Virus record (IMG/VR): IMGVR_UViG_3300037512_001928
Coordinates: 32,001-96,000 of that record
Length of the DNA: 64,000 bases
Strand: one strand, 5' to 3'
Source: a virus
Lineage: Duplodnaviria; Caudoviricetes
Shown here: in pieces, positions 33,747 through 44,966 of the stretch
Layout: each line of letters starts with the position of its first letter
How positions within the stretch are numbered: position 1 is the first letter of the stretch
Notes under the pieces: model-generated
What the model was told of the DNA's origin: nothing
Databases searched by the model: none
What the model saw: the letters and a program-made list of their open reading frames with translations, nothing else
Position numbers and translations under genes: made by a program

Positions 33747-35271
33747 AGGAGGAACACAAATATGAAAATTAAACATTGGATCTGGATGCTGAACGAGGAA
33801 AATTACCGCCGGGTCAGGAATGGTGAAAAGCTTGGATACTTTGGCTGTGTATATATCGGAAGTATCTGCGTTGAGTTTGTTTTCAATGCGGATATGGACG
33901 AGCCTCATGTGCTCATATTCAACCTCGATGATCCGGAGTATGAGAACAATTATCAGGCACTGGATCTTTCCTTTCCTCTCCGTCGGTCTGTCGCTGGATT
34001 TATGAAGCAGCTTGAGAAGGAATTTGTCAAGCCATATAGCTACGTTCTGTCGGAGTTTATGGAAAAGAACACCTGGCATTATGTGCACACATATCGCCGT
34101 GTTAATCAGCCGGTCACTGCAGAACACATGATCGTGTGTGATTCATTCAACTCCGCAGCCGATACAATCATGGTTGTCACCGCACTGCCGAATGTCGTGA
34201 CGCTCGAACTGACGCACCGCTCAGATGATCCGGATGATACTCCGGAAAAGATCAAAAAACAGATTTCGTTTAGCGATCCGAGTAACGTTGTCCCCTATTT
34301 CTCGATGTGTGTAGAACAGACGCTCAGAGAAATTCAGGATTATCTTGACGGCAAAGAGGACTCGGCAACATTGGATAACTACGAGCGTGAATCGCTCTAC
34401 GCATTTGAACATGTGCTTGATAAGGTCAGCGATGACAGGTTAGGAGGGAAAAATTACGATTGATCTCCGTACAGCATTTGATGAAGTATCGGTCGACCTG
34501 CCGAAGGCCCCGCCGGAGTTTGGCGATGGAGATCTCTGGTACGATGGATCAGAAATCCTGTGCCGGACAGAAGAGGTTGCGGATCTGATTGCAAACATGA
34601 TTGAAGATCTCACTGGCTGTTATGGCGATATTCATACCGGCTATTACAACCCGGAGGATGACGAGCATAGCAACGAGGTTGATGACCACACCGGTTGGTG
34701 GTATGTGGACTACGACTAAGGAGGATAACATTATGGAAATCAAAAATCATGGCGCAGCCTATGTGATCTATGCCGACAAGGATCGATGTGTGTCGATCTC
34801 CCGCAAGGAAATGATGGAACTGATACGGTACTTCCGGGAAATGGAATGGAGGTGGAATTTCGACAAACTGATCGAAGATATTGGAGACAACTTCTGCTTC
34901 ACACATCATACAACAGACGAACTGATCGAACTGTGCATGGAGGAAACCCGGAAGCGTTGGGAACATTTCGATCTTGAGGGTCCTGAGTATGAAGACATTA
35001 TGTGGGAAGTTGCCGAAGATGCCGGTATGACCGAAGACGAAGAGGAGGATGAATAATAATGATGGAAAACTTTGAGACGATGAATCGCACTCTTGAGAAC
35101 GTTCTGTACTACCTTGGAGTAAATCACCTCGAGAGCTATAAAAATATTGACGGAATGACCGTCTGGGTTTATCCGAACACCGAAAAGGTTCGGCAGATTG
35201 TCGGTTGGTTCCGAGAATCCATGGAAAACCATCAGTTTGGGAGGTGATTGGCAGAAAATTTTCGGAATCAT

Positions 35272-35301
35272 GCAACAATGACATGAAAATTGTTCTATAT
35301 A
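35272..35301 (+). promoter_or_regulatory. Putative phage-sigma promoter
   Basis: GCAAC-N15-GTTCTATATA. Confidence 0.6.
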
Positions 35302-36460
35302 TTGGCAGGAGGTGAACCATGGGATGACCAAAGACAACTACGGCTGTTATACCGACCGAAAAGATGCCCGCCACTTTCCCCGTTACGACCAGATAGACAA
35401 AGAGGAGCTGATAGAACGCTACTACATGGATATAAAGGAAGCAATTAAAGATTGCACCGAAGAATCCATCCGGGCGAGAGGAAAAATCAAGTATTCCATC
35501 TGGTGCTGGGTGCGGGATGGCGTAGAAATCGTTGAAGCGGAGCGCGGGAACGGCGATCGCCTCCTGCCGAAGCGTCGAAACGGGCAGCAGGTTGTTCACA
35601 TCGTAGATATCGGCAATGCCGGGTTGTATCTGGATGATGCGGACACCCTGGACGATTACGATTTGGCAATCAATCATGAACAGTCGATCACGGAGTATAT
35701 TGATTCGATCGACTGGGACGAAAGGATGGAGGAAATTCTGGGGAATATCTACTTTGAGGGGGTTGATGACTGATGCATGGGATCTGTGTCTACCGGGATT
35801 TCATGATCGGACCGAGCGACATAAAGGATGCGAAGGGAAAGACGCTGTTCAGTATAGGAGGGTTGAAAGCACCGGATCAGGAACCGCTGTTGTATACGCA
35901 GAAAGCATGTATCGCCTATGTCCGTGAAAAGGTTCCTTTTAAGCCGAGTATGAGGGTGGATCCGTATGGCGGTGTCCATCGGCACAGTGTCGAATGGCAC
36001 AACCTGATCGAGGACAAGATCTGTAACGGGGAATACGACGATGACCGACCGGAATCGTGAGATGTGGAGGGATCTGTACCGGTTCTTCGATAAGGCAACG
36101 TCCACCAAACCAAATACGCCAGAGTGGGAGGATCTGGGAGCGGAAAGCCATCGTATTTGGGATAAGTACAACCGGGCATGGTTCGTCCGGGAAGTGTTGG
36201 CACTCACACTCAGCTATGCAATCCAACAGAAACTCAAAGGAGGAGAAAAAGATGGTTGATACTGTGATTTGTACGGCGGTAATGGTATTGCTTCTGGTCG
36301 TAGCTTTCTATGCCGGGTTCAGGGTCGCGGATTACTTCGCGAAACGCAGAGAGGAGGCTGTTGCCTATGCGCTGAAGAAGCAGTACGCCAGGCTGATGGC
36401 GGGGGTTGATGCTGATTCGAATGCGATGCCCTATGTCACCCCCGATCAGGAGATTCAGTA

Positions 36461-36506
36461 AAACAGGGGTCATAATATTGACAGATAAAAAACAATGTGG
36501 TACAAT
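36461..36506 (+). promoter_or_regulatory. SigA promoter with an adjacent recombinase half-site
   Basis: TTGACA(36478)-17-TACAAT(36501); AAACAGGGGTCATAA at 36461-36475. Confidence 0.75.
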
Positions 36507-36533
36507 TGCCACGCATCGTTAAGGAGGATGCAC

Positions 36534-36710
36534 ATGAACGAGACTTTTGTCACCATGAACGCAAGACTGGAACAGTTCCTCTTCTACCACCGGATCCGGT
36601 TCCTTCAGTGCCGGAAGAACGAGGATATGATGACCGAGTGGGTGTATGAAAGGACGCCCAAGCTTGAACAGGTAGTCAAAGAGTACCGGGAGATCTGGGG
36701 AGCCAAGTAA
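36534..36710 (+). CDS. Small DUF5659-like protein (paralog of 35059-35247)
   Basis: FVTMNARLEQFLFY vs FETMNRTLENVLYY. Confidence 0.55.
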   Translation: MNETFVTMNARLEQFLFYHRIRFLQCRKNEDMMTEWVYERTPKLEQVVKEYREIWGAK

Positions 36711-36754
36711 CCCAGATCCCTATCAGGAAGCAGGAGACAGAAAGGAGCACACTC

Positions 36755-37681
36755 ATGAACAAGTACCCGATGGTTGACTTCTACGGCGAGTCCCGCAGCG
36801 ACACGGTTCTGGATTCTACGGTCGGAACCACGGTCGAGATTCTGGAACGGATCTTCGATGCACTGACTGCCAACTACGGCGTTACGATCACAGCCCGGAG
36901 CATTGAGGGTCTGAACGGCGAGGTTCTGCAGCGCTGGGTGAACGGGTTTAAGAAAACCCATGCAGTAACGTCCGTCAACCTGTACATTTGCATTCTGAAT
37001 CCGTTCCTGCGGTGGGCGCACACGATGACGTACGGCGATGGTGTGCCGTATCTCAAGGCGGAGCTTGGCGGAGTGCTGAAGACGATGAAGCTCCCGGATC
37101 CTGACAAGATTCCGGAGTGGGAACGTCCGAAGAGCAAGTACTATACGGAAGAAGAGGTCAGCACCCTGATGGATGTAAAGTACTCGCACAACAAGGTGCG
37201 GGACAAGGCGATCATCGCTCTGTTTCTCGGTTCCGGCATCCGTGTCAGCGAGCTGTGCAGTCTGACGCTTGGATCCATCCTTGACCGCCAGCGTGGGACG
37301 ATTTACCTCCGCCGGAAGGGCGGTGTCTGGAAGGAAACGGAGGTTGCGGACTTCGCGTACGCCTACATCGATGAGTACCTGAAGACCCGCGACCTGAGCG
37401 ATCACTCCGCTCCCCTCTTCCTGACCCGCGAAGGTCTGCCGTGTAACCGCAAGCAGATCTACAAGTCGCTGTCGCACATTCAGAAGCGGATGGACGTTGC
37501 GACTGGTCCCCATGCGCTACGCCATACGTTCGTGTCTGCCGCTGAAAAGGCGGGTGGCGGAGCTGTTGCCCGTGATCTCGCGAACCACAAGTCGATGACG
37601 ATCACGAACCGGTACGACCATTCCAACCGGGAACAGCGGATCGCGGCTGTGAACAGTCTTCCCTGGGCGATCAGCCGTTAA
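36755..37681 (+). CDS. XerC/D-like tyrosine recombinase
   Basis: GIRVSEL, RKGG, HALRH and terminal RY; 308 aa with no arm-binding domain. Confidence 0.9.
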   Translation: MNKYPMVDFYGESRSDTVLDSTVGTTVEILERIFDALTANYGVTITARSIEGLNGEVLQRWVNGFKKTHAVTSVNLYICILNPFLRWAHTMTYGDGVPYLKAELGGVLKTMKLPDPDKIPEWERPKSKYYTEEEVSTLMDVKYSHNKVRDKAIIALFLGSGIRVSELCSLTLGSILDRQRGTIYLRRKGGVWKETEVADFAYAYIDEYLKTRDLSDHSAPLFLTREGLPCNRKQIYKSLSHIQKRMDVATGPHALRHTFVSAAEKAGGGAVARDLANHKSMTITNRYDHSNREQRIAAVNSLPWAISR

Positions 37682-37779
37682 TCCCGACCTTGACAACTGA
37701 ATAGCCAAACAAAAGCACGATTATCACAAACACAGCAAGCGAAAGTCACACAAACTTTCCGCTTCTGTGTTTTTTATGT

Positions 37780-37810
37780 GCAACTTTTGGCGAAAAATGT
37801 TCTTTATATT
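37780..37810 (+). promoter_or_regulatory. Putative phage-sigma promoter for the replication operon
   Basis: GCAAC-N14-GTTCTTTATA. Confidence 0.6.
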
Positions 37811-37849
37811 AATTGTAGGGTATTTTTAACTGACTATAAGGAGGTTCAG

Positions 37850-38857
37850 ATGGCTTTACAGATTAAAAAGGCAACCCGGAATGCTGTGTATGTCAAAATC
37901 GGTATGATGGGTATCTCCGGGAGCGGGAAAACTATGTCGGCGCTACTGATGGGCTACGGTTTGCTGAAAGCGGCGCATCCCAACCTGACGGACGAGCAGG
38001 TGTGGGAAAAAATCCTCGTCATTGACACGGAAAACGGCTCTGCAAGCCTGTATGCCGGGCTGACGGTCGGGTCTACGAGGATCGGCGAGTTCCTGACGAT
38101 CGATGTGGAAGCTCCGTTCACGGTGGAGAAGTACATCGAGGCGATCAACGCCGCCGAAGCCAACGGTGTGGAGTTCCTGATTATCGATTCCATGTCCCAT
38201 GCATGGCAGAGCGAGGGAGGGCTTCTCGACAAGCAGAACGCGGTGTCCCGGAGGATGAACGGGCAGACGTATCAGGCATGGCGTGAGATCACTCCACTGT
38301 ACAATCAGCTGATCGACAGGATTCTTCAGTGTAAGATGCATGTGGTCAGCACCTACCGTGGCAAAAAGGAATACGCACTGGAGGACGGGGACAACGGCAA
38401 GAAGAAGGTCACCGCGAAGGGGGTCGGCGCTCAGTTCCGCGAGGGCGCTGACTATGAGTCGACCGTCTACTTCGAGATTGCGCAGGATCATATGGCGTTT
38501 GCCAGTAAAGACCGTACGCATCTCTTCGATGGGCAGTACTTCCTGATCAGCCCGGAAACCGGACGCCAGCTGTATGCGTGGCTCTCCTCTGCCGATCAGG
38601 CTCCGGCGCAGGTAGTCAAGGCTGTCGAGTCCGCGCCTGTCGTAGCTCCGGCTCCCGAACCGGACGAACCGAATGCAGAGCTTGCCAACGCGATTGCGAT
38701 GGTGGATCGCATCATTAAGGAAAAGACCAAGGATATGACAGTCGAGGAAAAGGCGGAAGTTTCCAACCGGATCAAGGATATCTGCGGGAAGAAGAACTAC
38801 AAGAATGTCACGGAGATCGAGAAGCTCCGCGAACTGTACAAGGCTTTCGCGAATTAA
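37850..38857 (+). CDS. Sak4-like AAA_24 ATPase (annealing recombinase)
   Basis: GISGSGKT, IDTE, IIDSMSHAW; next to SSB. Confidence 0.8.
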   Translation: MALQIKKATRNAVYVKIGMMGISGSGKTMSALLMGYGLLKAAHPNLTDEQVWEKILVIDTENGSASLYAGLTVGSTRIGEFLTIDVEAPFTVEKYIEAINAAEANGVEFLIIDSMSHAWQSEGGLLDKQNAVSRRMNGQTYQAWREITPLYNQLIDRILQCKMHVVSTYRGKKEYALEDGDNGKKKVTAKGVGAQFREGADYESTVYFEIAQDHMAFASKDRTHLFDGQYFLISPETGRQLYAWLSSADQAPAQVVKAVESAPVVAPAPEPDEPNAELANAIAMVDRIIKEKTKDMTVEEKAEVSNRIKDICGKKNYKNVTEIEKLRELYKAFAN

Positions 38858-38869
38858 GGAGGATGCTGG

Positions 38870-39385
38870 ATGATTAACAAACTGATGACGGTCGGACGTC
38901 TGGTGGCGGATCCGACCATGACGAGCCGCCAGGACGGCTCCCAGATCTGCAAATTCCGTGTTGCTTCCAATAATAAGCACCGGAATGATGACAACACGTT
39001 CGGAACAAACTGGTACAACTGCTCCGCATGGGGAAAGACCGGCGAGAATATCGCGAAGTTCTTCCATAAGGGAGACAAGATCGTGCTTGAAGGGGACCTG
39101 ACCATCCGGGACTACACGGACAAGAATGGTCAGCTCCGCACGAGCATTGACGTGGACGTCCGTGACTTCGAGTTTGCCAGTTCCAGCGGCGGCAATCAGC
39201 AGGGACAGGCTCAGGCTCCGGTCGTGCAGACTGCTCCGGCGGTGCAGTATCAGGCGGCTCCGGCTCAGGCTGCATACGCTCCGCCTCCTGCATCGGCAGC
39301 TTATGTACCGCAGACACAGGTTGCTTACGCGCCTCCGGCTCCGATACAGTCCACTCCTCTGGGAGACGATGACGTGCCGTTCTAA
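38870..39385 (+). CDS. ssb: Single-stranded DNA-binding protein
   Basis: INKLMTVGRLVADP OB fold, DDDVPF tail. Confidence 0.93.
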   Translation: MINKLMTVGRLVADPTMTSRQDGSQICKFRVASNNKHRNDDNTFGTNWYNCSAWGKTGENIAKFFHKGDKIVLEGDLTIRDYTDKNGQLRTSIDVDVRDFEFASSSGGNQQGQAQAPVVQTAPAVQYQAAPAQAAYAPPPASAAYVPQTQVAYAPPAPIQSTPLGDDDVPF

Positions 39386-39470
39386 TTAACTTCATATTCA
39401 GGAAAGCACACATTCAAAATTTACAGGAGACAAATGCTTTCCTCCGATAATTTACAAAGGAGGAAGCATC

Positions 39471-40100
39471 ATGACACTCACACCCGCAGAAGAAGGAAGA
39501 CTCGTATCCCAGTACGCGGCTGAACTGCGCCGTATCTCGATGCCGCTGTACCGTACGTACCGGAACAAGTACGGAGTCGGCGTCACGTTCGACGATGTAT
39601 ATCAGGAAGTCCTGATCGAGTTCCTGTATCACATCCGGAACATCGAATCGGAGGATCAGATCTATCCCCTGCCCTATTTTAAGTTCAGGCTGGCGGTATG
39701 TCGTATCATCATGCGCAGTCTGCCCGTGACGGTACCGATCCGGACAACGGATTTCTCCAAACGCATCCGCGAGTACAGCACATGCTGTTCGATCGACGAT
39801 ATGATTGAGCGCGGGTATGATTTCAGCGGCGGAATTGACAGAACGTACTCCGAAGTGAATGAGCGCGTGTCGTTTCAGAAGTTTCTGGACGAATGTTCGT
39901 ACAATGATGCCAATATTCTGATTGCCTACAGGGATCTGGGCAATATGGCTGAAGTTGGCAAGCGTCTGAACATCAATAAGTCGACAGTGAGCCGTACAAT
40001 CGAGCGTTTGAAGAAAAAATATCTCGCAGATTGCCGGAAAATGCAGAAAAACAGTATATCGAGGAGGAAAGAAGATGAATTTTATGGAAGCAATGGGTGA
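39471..40100 (+). CDS. Phage RNA polymerase sigma factor
   Basis: Region 2 FDDVYQE, region 4 HTH MAEVGKRLNINKSTVSR. Confidence 0.75.
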   Translation: MTLTPAEEGRLVSQYAAELRRISMPLYRTYRNKYGVGVTFDDVYQEVLIEFLYHIRNIESEDQIYPLPYFKFRLAVCRIIMRSLPVTVPIRTTDFSKRIREYSTCCSIDDMIERGYDFSGGIDRTYSEVNERVSFQKFLDECSYNDANILIAYRDLGNMAEVGKRLNINKSTVSRTIERLKKKYLADCRKMQKNSISRRKEDEFYGSNG

Positions 40101-41601
40101 AGAGCTGGTTCGTGGCAAAAATAATGTTTCCGTCACGGAAAACGGCGCTGTGGGGTACCGTACGACCGGAAAAGCGCTGTTGGATCTGAATTATGCAGTG
40201 TCCAGCCTCCGGAATGCGCCGGAAGAAAAGATTATGACCATGTTTTCCAACGCCTGTGTAGAAAATCCGGACTTGGCGATGCTCTGGCTGTTCATGGCGA
40301 GAGATCCGCGGGGCGGCATGGGTGAAAGGCGGCTTTTCCGCGTCTGTTTCGCCTATCTGATGCGGAATTTCCCGGAAAAGGCTGAAAAACTGGTTCCCCT
40401 GATCCCGGAATTCGGTCGCTGGGACGATGTGATTGACATGTACTTCGCCTGCAATGACGAGCAGCTGAAAAAGAGCATCTTCGCTGTGATTTTTGATCAG
40501 CTGAACGATGATACGAGCAACATGATTGCAAATAAGCCCATCAGCTGTCTCGCGAAGTGGCTCCCGTCTGAAAATACGTCCTCCATGAAGAGCCGGAATC
40601 AGGCGAGAGCGATAATCAAGACGATTCATACGAATCCGAGGCAGTATCGCAAGCTTCTCTCTGCGCTCCGTGGCTATATCGATGTTGTAGAGCGCAAAAT
40701 GTCCGCCGGAAACTGGGATAAGATCAGGTACAGCGCCGTTCCGTCCCGCGCCAACCTGATTTACAAGGATGCTTTCCTGAAGCATGACCGGGAACGGCGC
40801 GAAGAGTTCCTGGAATCGCTGAAATCCGGCGAAACCAAGATCAATGCGTCAACGCTGTACCCGCATGAGATCGTTGCAAAGTATACGAACGACTACAGGA
40901 CTAGGCTGAAGCTTGACGATACCCTTGAGGGACTTTGGAATCATCTGCCGGATGCGTTTAAGGACAATCCTGAGATCATGGTCGTTGCGGACGGCTCCGG
41001 ATCCATGACATGGGCGCGTCTTGGTGAGCATACAACGCCTCTGCATGTGGCGAACGCGCTTGCGATTTACTTTGCCGAGCGTCTTGCCCCGCCGTATAAG
41101 AATCAGTATATCACCTTCTCCTCCTCCCCGCAGTTTGTCAGGTTCCCGGATGGTGCGACGCTGCGTGACAGGATCGCGATCGCGCTGGAACACTGCGAGT
41201 GCTCGAATACCAATCTCAAAAAGGTCTTCGATCTCGTTCTGGCTACGGCGAAGATGAACCATGCGAAGCAGGAAGACCTGCCAAAGACAATCCTCGTGAT
41301 CTCTGATGGCGAGTTTGACGAGATGAACGACCGTGCCCTGAATGAGAAGAGCTTCGATGTGATCCGCCGCGAATACAACAACGCCGGGTATCAGATTCCG
41401 AAGCTGGCTTTCTGGAATGTGGCATCCCGTACGATGACGATTCCGGTGATTGAGAATCCGATGGGCGTATCGCTGATCTCCGGCTACTCCCCCACCGTCA
41501 TCCGGATGGTGCTTTCTGGCAAGCTCGACCCCTACGAGGCGATGGTATCCATGCTGATGGAAGACAGGTATCGCCCCGTCCGCGAGGCGCTTGAATGCTG
41601 A
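40075..41601 (+). CDS. DUF2828-family TROVE/Ro60-like protein with C-terminal vWA domain
   Basis: TENGA, RDPRGGMGER, FGRWDD, AKWLP, MIDAS DGSGSM, ISDGEFD, FWNV. Confidence 0.8.
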   Translation: MNFMEAMGEELVRGKNNVSVTENGAVGYRTTGKALLDLNYAVSSLRNAPEEKIMTMFSNACVENPDLAMLWLFMARDPRGGMGERRLFRVCFAYLMRNFPEKAEKLVPLIPEFGRWDDVIDMYFACNDEQLKKSIFAVIFDQLNDDTSNMIANKPISCLAKWLPSENTSSMKSRNQARAIIKTIHTNPRQYRKLLSALRGYIDVVERKMSAGNWDKIRYSAVPSRANLIYKDAFLKHDRERREEFLESLKSGETKINASTLYPHEIVAKYTNDYRTRLKLDDTLEGLWNHLPDAFKDNPEIMVVADGSGSMTWARLGEHTTPLHVANALAIYFAERLAPPYKNQYITFSSSPQFVRFPDGATLRDRIAIALEHCECSNTNLKKVFDLVLATAKMNHAKQEDLPKTILVISDGEFDEMNDRALNEKSFDVIRREYNNAGYQIPKLAFWNVASRTMTIPVIENPMGVSLISGYSPTVIRMVLSGKLDPYEAMVSMLMEDRYRPVREALEC

Positions 41602-43463
41602 CCGATCAGGCAAGGGATCTGATGCTTCAGTTTGCGGATGCGCATCTCGCTCCGTACAAACTGAAGTCAGGTTCCGGCGGTGAAAAGATTATCCCGCAGC
41701 TTTGTCCGTACTGTCATGGCGGTTCCTCTGGCAAGGATACGAACACGTTCGCGCTCTCGATTGATAAGGGCGTGTTCGTATGCAAGCGCGGGTCGTGCGG
41801 GCGGCATGGTCGTTTTGAGACGCTGGCGAAGGAGATTGCCGGTGAAACGGTACATCTCCCGTCAGACGGCTCTCAGAAACGTTCGGCTCATATCGACGCT
41901 GAACCGAGCTATGTGCTCCCCGTTGTATCCACGCACCCGCCGACTCCGCAGATCTATGAGTACTTCCAGAAGCGCGGCATCTCGCAGGAAACGGTCGACT
42001 ATTTTCGGATCGCCTCATCCGATGACGGGATGATTGTATTTCCATTCTACGATCACAGCGTATTGACGTATGTCAAGTTCCGCCGTCCATGGAAGCCGAC
42101 TCCGGAGGAGCTTCGCCTGAAGGGCAAGGAATGGCAGGTATCGAACACGAGGCAGATCCTGTTTAACCTTGACAGCATCGATTACTCCCAGCCCGTGTAT
42201 CTGACGGAGGGAATGATTGATGCGATGGCACTGTATCAGGTCGGGATCCATAATGTTGTGTCGGTGCCCAGCGGCTGTGATAACATGAACTGGATTCAGA
42301 ACTGCTGGGACACGCTTGAAAAGATCAAACAGTTTATCCTTTTCGGCGATGCTGATGCGCCCGGGCAGCGCATGATTCAGGAGCTGACGAAGCGGCTCGG
42401 CGAGTATCGGTGCAAGGTGATCACTCAGTACCCGGATAACCCGAAGCAACCCGGTGTGAAATGCAAGGATGCCGATGAGATTCTGGTCAGGCTCGGCGAG
42501 TTTGAGCTTCTGGATACGGTGGAATCTGCCGAGGATGTTGAGGTTAAAGGGCTGATTGATATCGGGGATATCGAACCCGTGGATACGACAACGCTCCCGA
42601 GGATTAGTACCAAAATTCCAAGGCTGGATGAGTGTATCGGCGGTCTGATGGAAGGCTCCGTCCTGCTGATCTCCGGGGCAAGCGGTCGGGGCAAGAGCAC
42701 CTTTGCATCGCAGTTGCTCCTGTCCGCTGTTCAGGCGGGGCATATCTGCTGTGCATACTCAGGCGAACTGCCCAAGGAAAAGTTCTGTCTGTGGATGTAT
42801 TATCAGGCGGCGGGTTATCAGTACATCGGGCTGAAGTACGACAAATTCTACGGTCATGAAGTGCCTCATCTGGATGGTAAGATTTGTAAACGGATTCAGC
42901 AGTGGCTGAAGCACAAAGTGTATATCTATGATAACAAACTGCTCTGTGATAAAAGCCGTGCTGAATCAATTCTTGAATTGTTTACGGTAGCGGTCAAGAA
43001 GAATAATTGTTCTGTCTTCCTCTGCGACAACCTGATGACTGCCCTGAGCGATGACGATGAAGAGCTGAAAGCGCAGACAAGGTTTATCAATGAGCTGAAA
43101 AGCTTTGCCGAGAAGTACAGTGTGACGGTATTGTGTGTGGCTCATCCCCGTAAGCTTCGTACAGGGGATAAGATTGGTCTCTGGGATGTGGCGGGGTCAG
43201 CGAATATTGTGAACATCGCTGATGCCGCGATTGTGATTGAGCGTCCAGATATTCGCGTGATCAAGTCGCGGGAAAACGGACGCGAAACGCTGATATCCTG
43301 TTGTTATGAACCGTGTGCCCGGCGAATCTATCAGGCTGATGTCGGGGACAAAAATAACTTTGGCTGGAATCGTGAAGGGGTTGAGAAACCGGCGGTGCTG
43401 GCTGACACTCTTCCCGAATATCAGGTACAGCTTGGCGATAATAATGGCGCGGCTCCATTCTAA
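41595..43463 (+). CDS. T7 gp4/Twinkle-like primase-helicase
   Basis: CPYC Zn finger, TOPRIM EGMID and DAD, SF4 helicase GASGRGKS and AHPRK. Confidence 0.88.
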   Translation: MLTDQARDLMLQFADAHLAPYKLKSGSGGEKIIPQLCPYCHGGSSGKDTNTFALSIDKGVFVCKRGSCGRHGRFETLAKEIAGETVHLPSDGSQKRSAHIDAEPSYVLPVVSTHPPTPQIYEYFQKRGISQETVDYFRIASSDDGMIVFPFYDHSVLTYVKFRRPWKPTPEELRLKGKEWQVSNTRQILFNLDSIDYSQPVYLTEGMIDAMALYQVGIHNVVSVPSGCDNMNWIQNCWDTLEKIKQFILFGDADAPGQRMIQELTKRLGEYRCKVITQYPDNPKQPGVKCKDADEILVRLGEFELLDTVESAEDVEVKGLIDIGDIEPVDTTTLPRISTKIPRLDECIGGLMEGSVLLISGASGRGKSTFASQLLLSAVQAGHICCAYSGELPKEKFCLWMYYQAAGYQYIGLKYDKFYGHEVPHLDGKICKRIQQWLKHKVYIYDNKLLCDKSRAESILELFTVAVKKNNCSVFLCDNLMTALSDDDEELKAQTRFINELKSFAEKYSVTVLCVAHPRKLRTGDKIGLWDVAGSANIVNIADAAIVIERPDIRVIKSRENGRETLISCCYEPCARRIYQADVGDKNNFGWNREGVEKPAVLADTLPEYQVQLGDNNGAAPF

Positions 43464-43483
43464 GCCGTAGAAAGGATTGAATT

Positions 43484-44173
43484 ATGCCGGATAAGAAATT
43501 GGATGAGATTCTGAAGTTCCTTGGCAGTATCCCCGGAGTCGAGATTGAGAGCGTGACTGAGATTCCTGCTCAGACAAAGCCCGCAGCGGCTTTTGATCCG
43601 AAGAAAATCCTCCGCAGTGAGATGACGAATCTGTCGTTCGATGATCTGAAAAAGGTCCCTGAAACGATCGACGTTCCGTTCAATGATCCCGTAGCCTATT
43701 CGGTTCCGCTGGTAGACAGGGTGGTTTTCTCGGGTCCCGCGACTACGATCATCTGGTCGGACGGACAGAAGACTACGGTCAAGTGTTCCGAAGGTCAGGA
43801 GTACGATCGCTATGCCGGGTTCTGCGCCGCTGTCTGCAAGCGCCTGTTTGGCTCTACGCTTGAAGCGAAGAAGATTCTGGACAACCATGATACGCACGTA
43901 CTTGCGGCGCGTCTTGATAATATCAGGATCAAACGCCGTATCGCCGAGGAAGCCCGTCAGGCTCGTGCGCGTCTGAAGAAATCCCGCCTGAAGGAAATGT
44001 CCTATGCTGAATTCAGCAAGCAGGTAAACGAGCGGGTGATTGATGCGATGATTCAGCGGGCGGCGGATGAGAAGCTGAAGCTGATTGATGCCGATATGAA
44101 TATCAAAGCTACGACTGACGAGATCATGAAAGCGATGCAGGAAAAGGAGCAGAAGGATGTGCCGGATACCTGA
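43484..44173 (+). CDS. Hypothetical phage protein
   Basis: PATTIIWSDGQKTTVKC...YD...G motif. Confidence 0.7.
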   Translation: MPDKKLDEILKFLGSIPGVEIESVTEIPAQTKPAAAFDPKKILRSEMTNLSFDDLKKVPETIDVPFNDPVAYSVPLVDRVVFSGPATTIIWSDGQKTTVKCSEGQEYDRYAGFCAAVCKRLFGSTLEAKKILDNHDTHVLAARLDNIRIKRRIAEEARQARARLKKSRLKEMSYAEFSKQVNERVIDAMIQRAADEKLKLIDADMNIKATTDEIMKAMQEKEQKDVPDT

Positions 44174-44966
44174 GGGATTTACATGGAGCTTCAGTCGGAT
44201 CTCGACCTTTGATCAGTGTCCGATGAGTTTCAAGCTGATTTATCTGGACGAGGTGGATCAGCGCAATAATCCCTTTGCTGAGTATGGTACGCTGTGCCAT
44301 TCCTGCCTTGAACATTATATGAAGGGTAAAACGCCGGTCTTCGCGCTGGCTGAGGAATACGAAGAACGATATGATGAGGAGGTCACAGGGATGTGGCCTC
44401 CTTTCCCTGTCGGGCTTGGCGGCAAGTATTTTCAGCAGGGGCTTGATTTCTTTTCATCGTGGGAAGGAATCGATGAGGATAAGTACGAGATCGTCGACAG
44501 CGAAAAAGATTTTGTCGTGGATGTTGGCGGGTATCCTGTTGTGGGTGTGATCGATGCTGTTCTCCGTAACAAAGAAACGGGTAGGCTTGTCGTGTGGGAC
44601 TGGAAGTCGAAGAGCAGTACACAGATGAAGAAGGATCTGAGCGAGTATATTCACCAGCTTTACATCTATGCGATGGGGTGCTACAAACTCTACGGCGAGT
44701 ATCCTGAGAGTTTATCTTTTTATCTTTTCCGCGAAGATAAAATGGTAACCGAACACTTTTCCGAAGATGGTTTGCAGGAGACAAAGGACTGGATTGTATC
44801 GACCATCAAAAAGATTGAGGCATCGTCCGAGTATGTGGTTTCCCCTTCCGGGTATTTCTGTAAGTTTATCTGTTCCGTCTCTGATCACTGCGATGCGCTG
44901 GATGCGATTATCGCCGCCGAGCTTGAAAAGAAACGCCAGAAGGAGGCAATGCAGAATGGCTGTTGA
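44157..44966 (+). CDS. PD-(D/E)XK RecB/Cas4-like exonuclease
   Basis: WSFSRISTFDQCP, GVID, DWKS, QLYIYA, C-terminal CxxxC. Confidence 0.85.
   Translation: MCRIPEGFTWSFSRISTFDQCPMSFKLIYLDEVDQRNNPFAEYGTLCHSCLEHYMKGKTPVFALAEEYEERYDEEVTGMWPPFPVGLGGKYFQQGLDFFSSWEGIDEDKYEIVDSEKDFVVDVGGYPVVGVIDAVLRNKETGRLVVWDWKSKSSTQMKKDLSEYIHQLYIYAMGCYKLYGEYPESLSFYLFREDKMVTEHFSEDGLQETKDWIVSTIKKIEASSEYVVSPSGYFCKFICSVSDHCDALDAIIAAELEKKRQKEAMQNGC

Larger units (their letters stand above)
23802..36461 (+). other. Early-gene region: about 40 tightly packed small hypothetical genes
   Basis: Consecutive plus-strand ORFs with GGAGG RBSs, e.g. 23802-24170, 24856-25248, 25531-26067, 26090-26497, 27277-27579, 29448-29870, 30344-30871, 33762-34463, 35312-35773. 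Confidence 0.75.
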
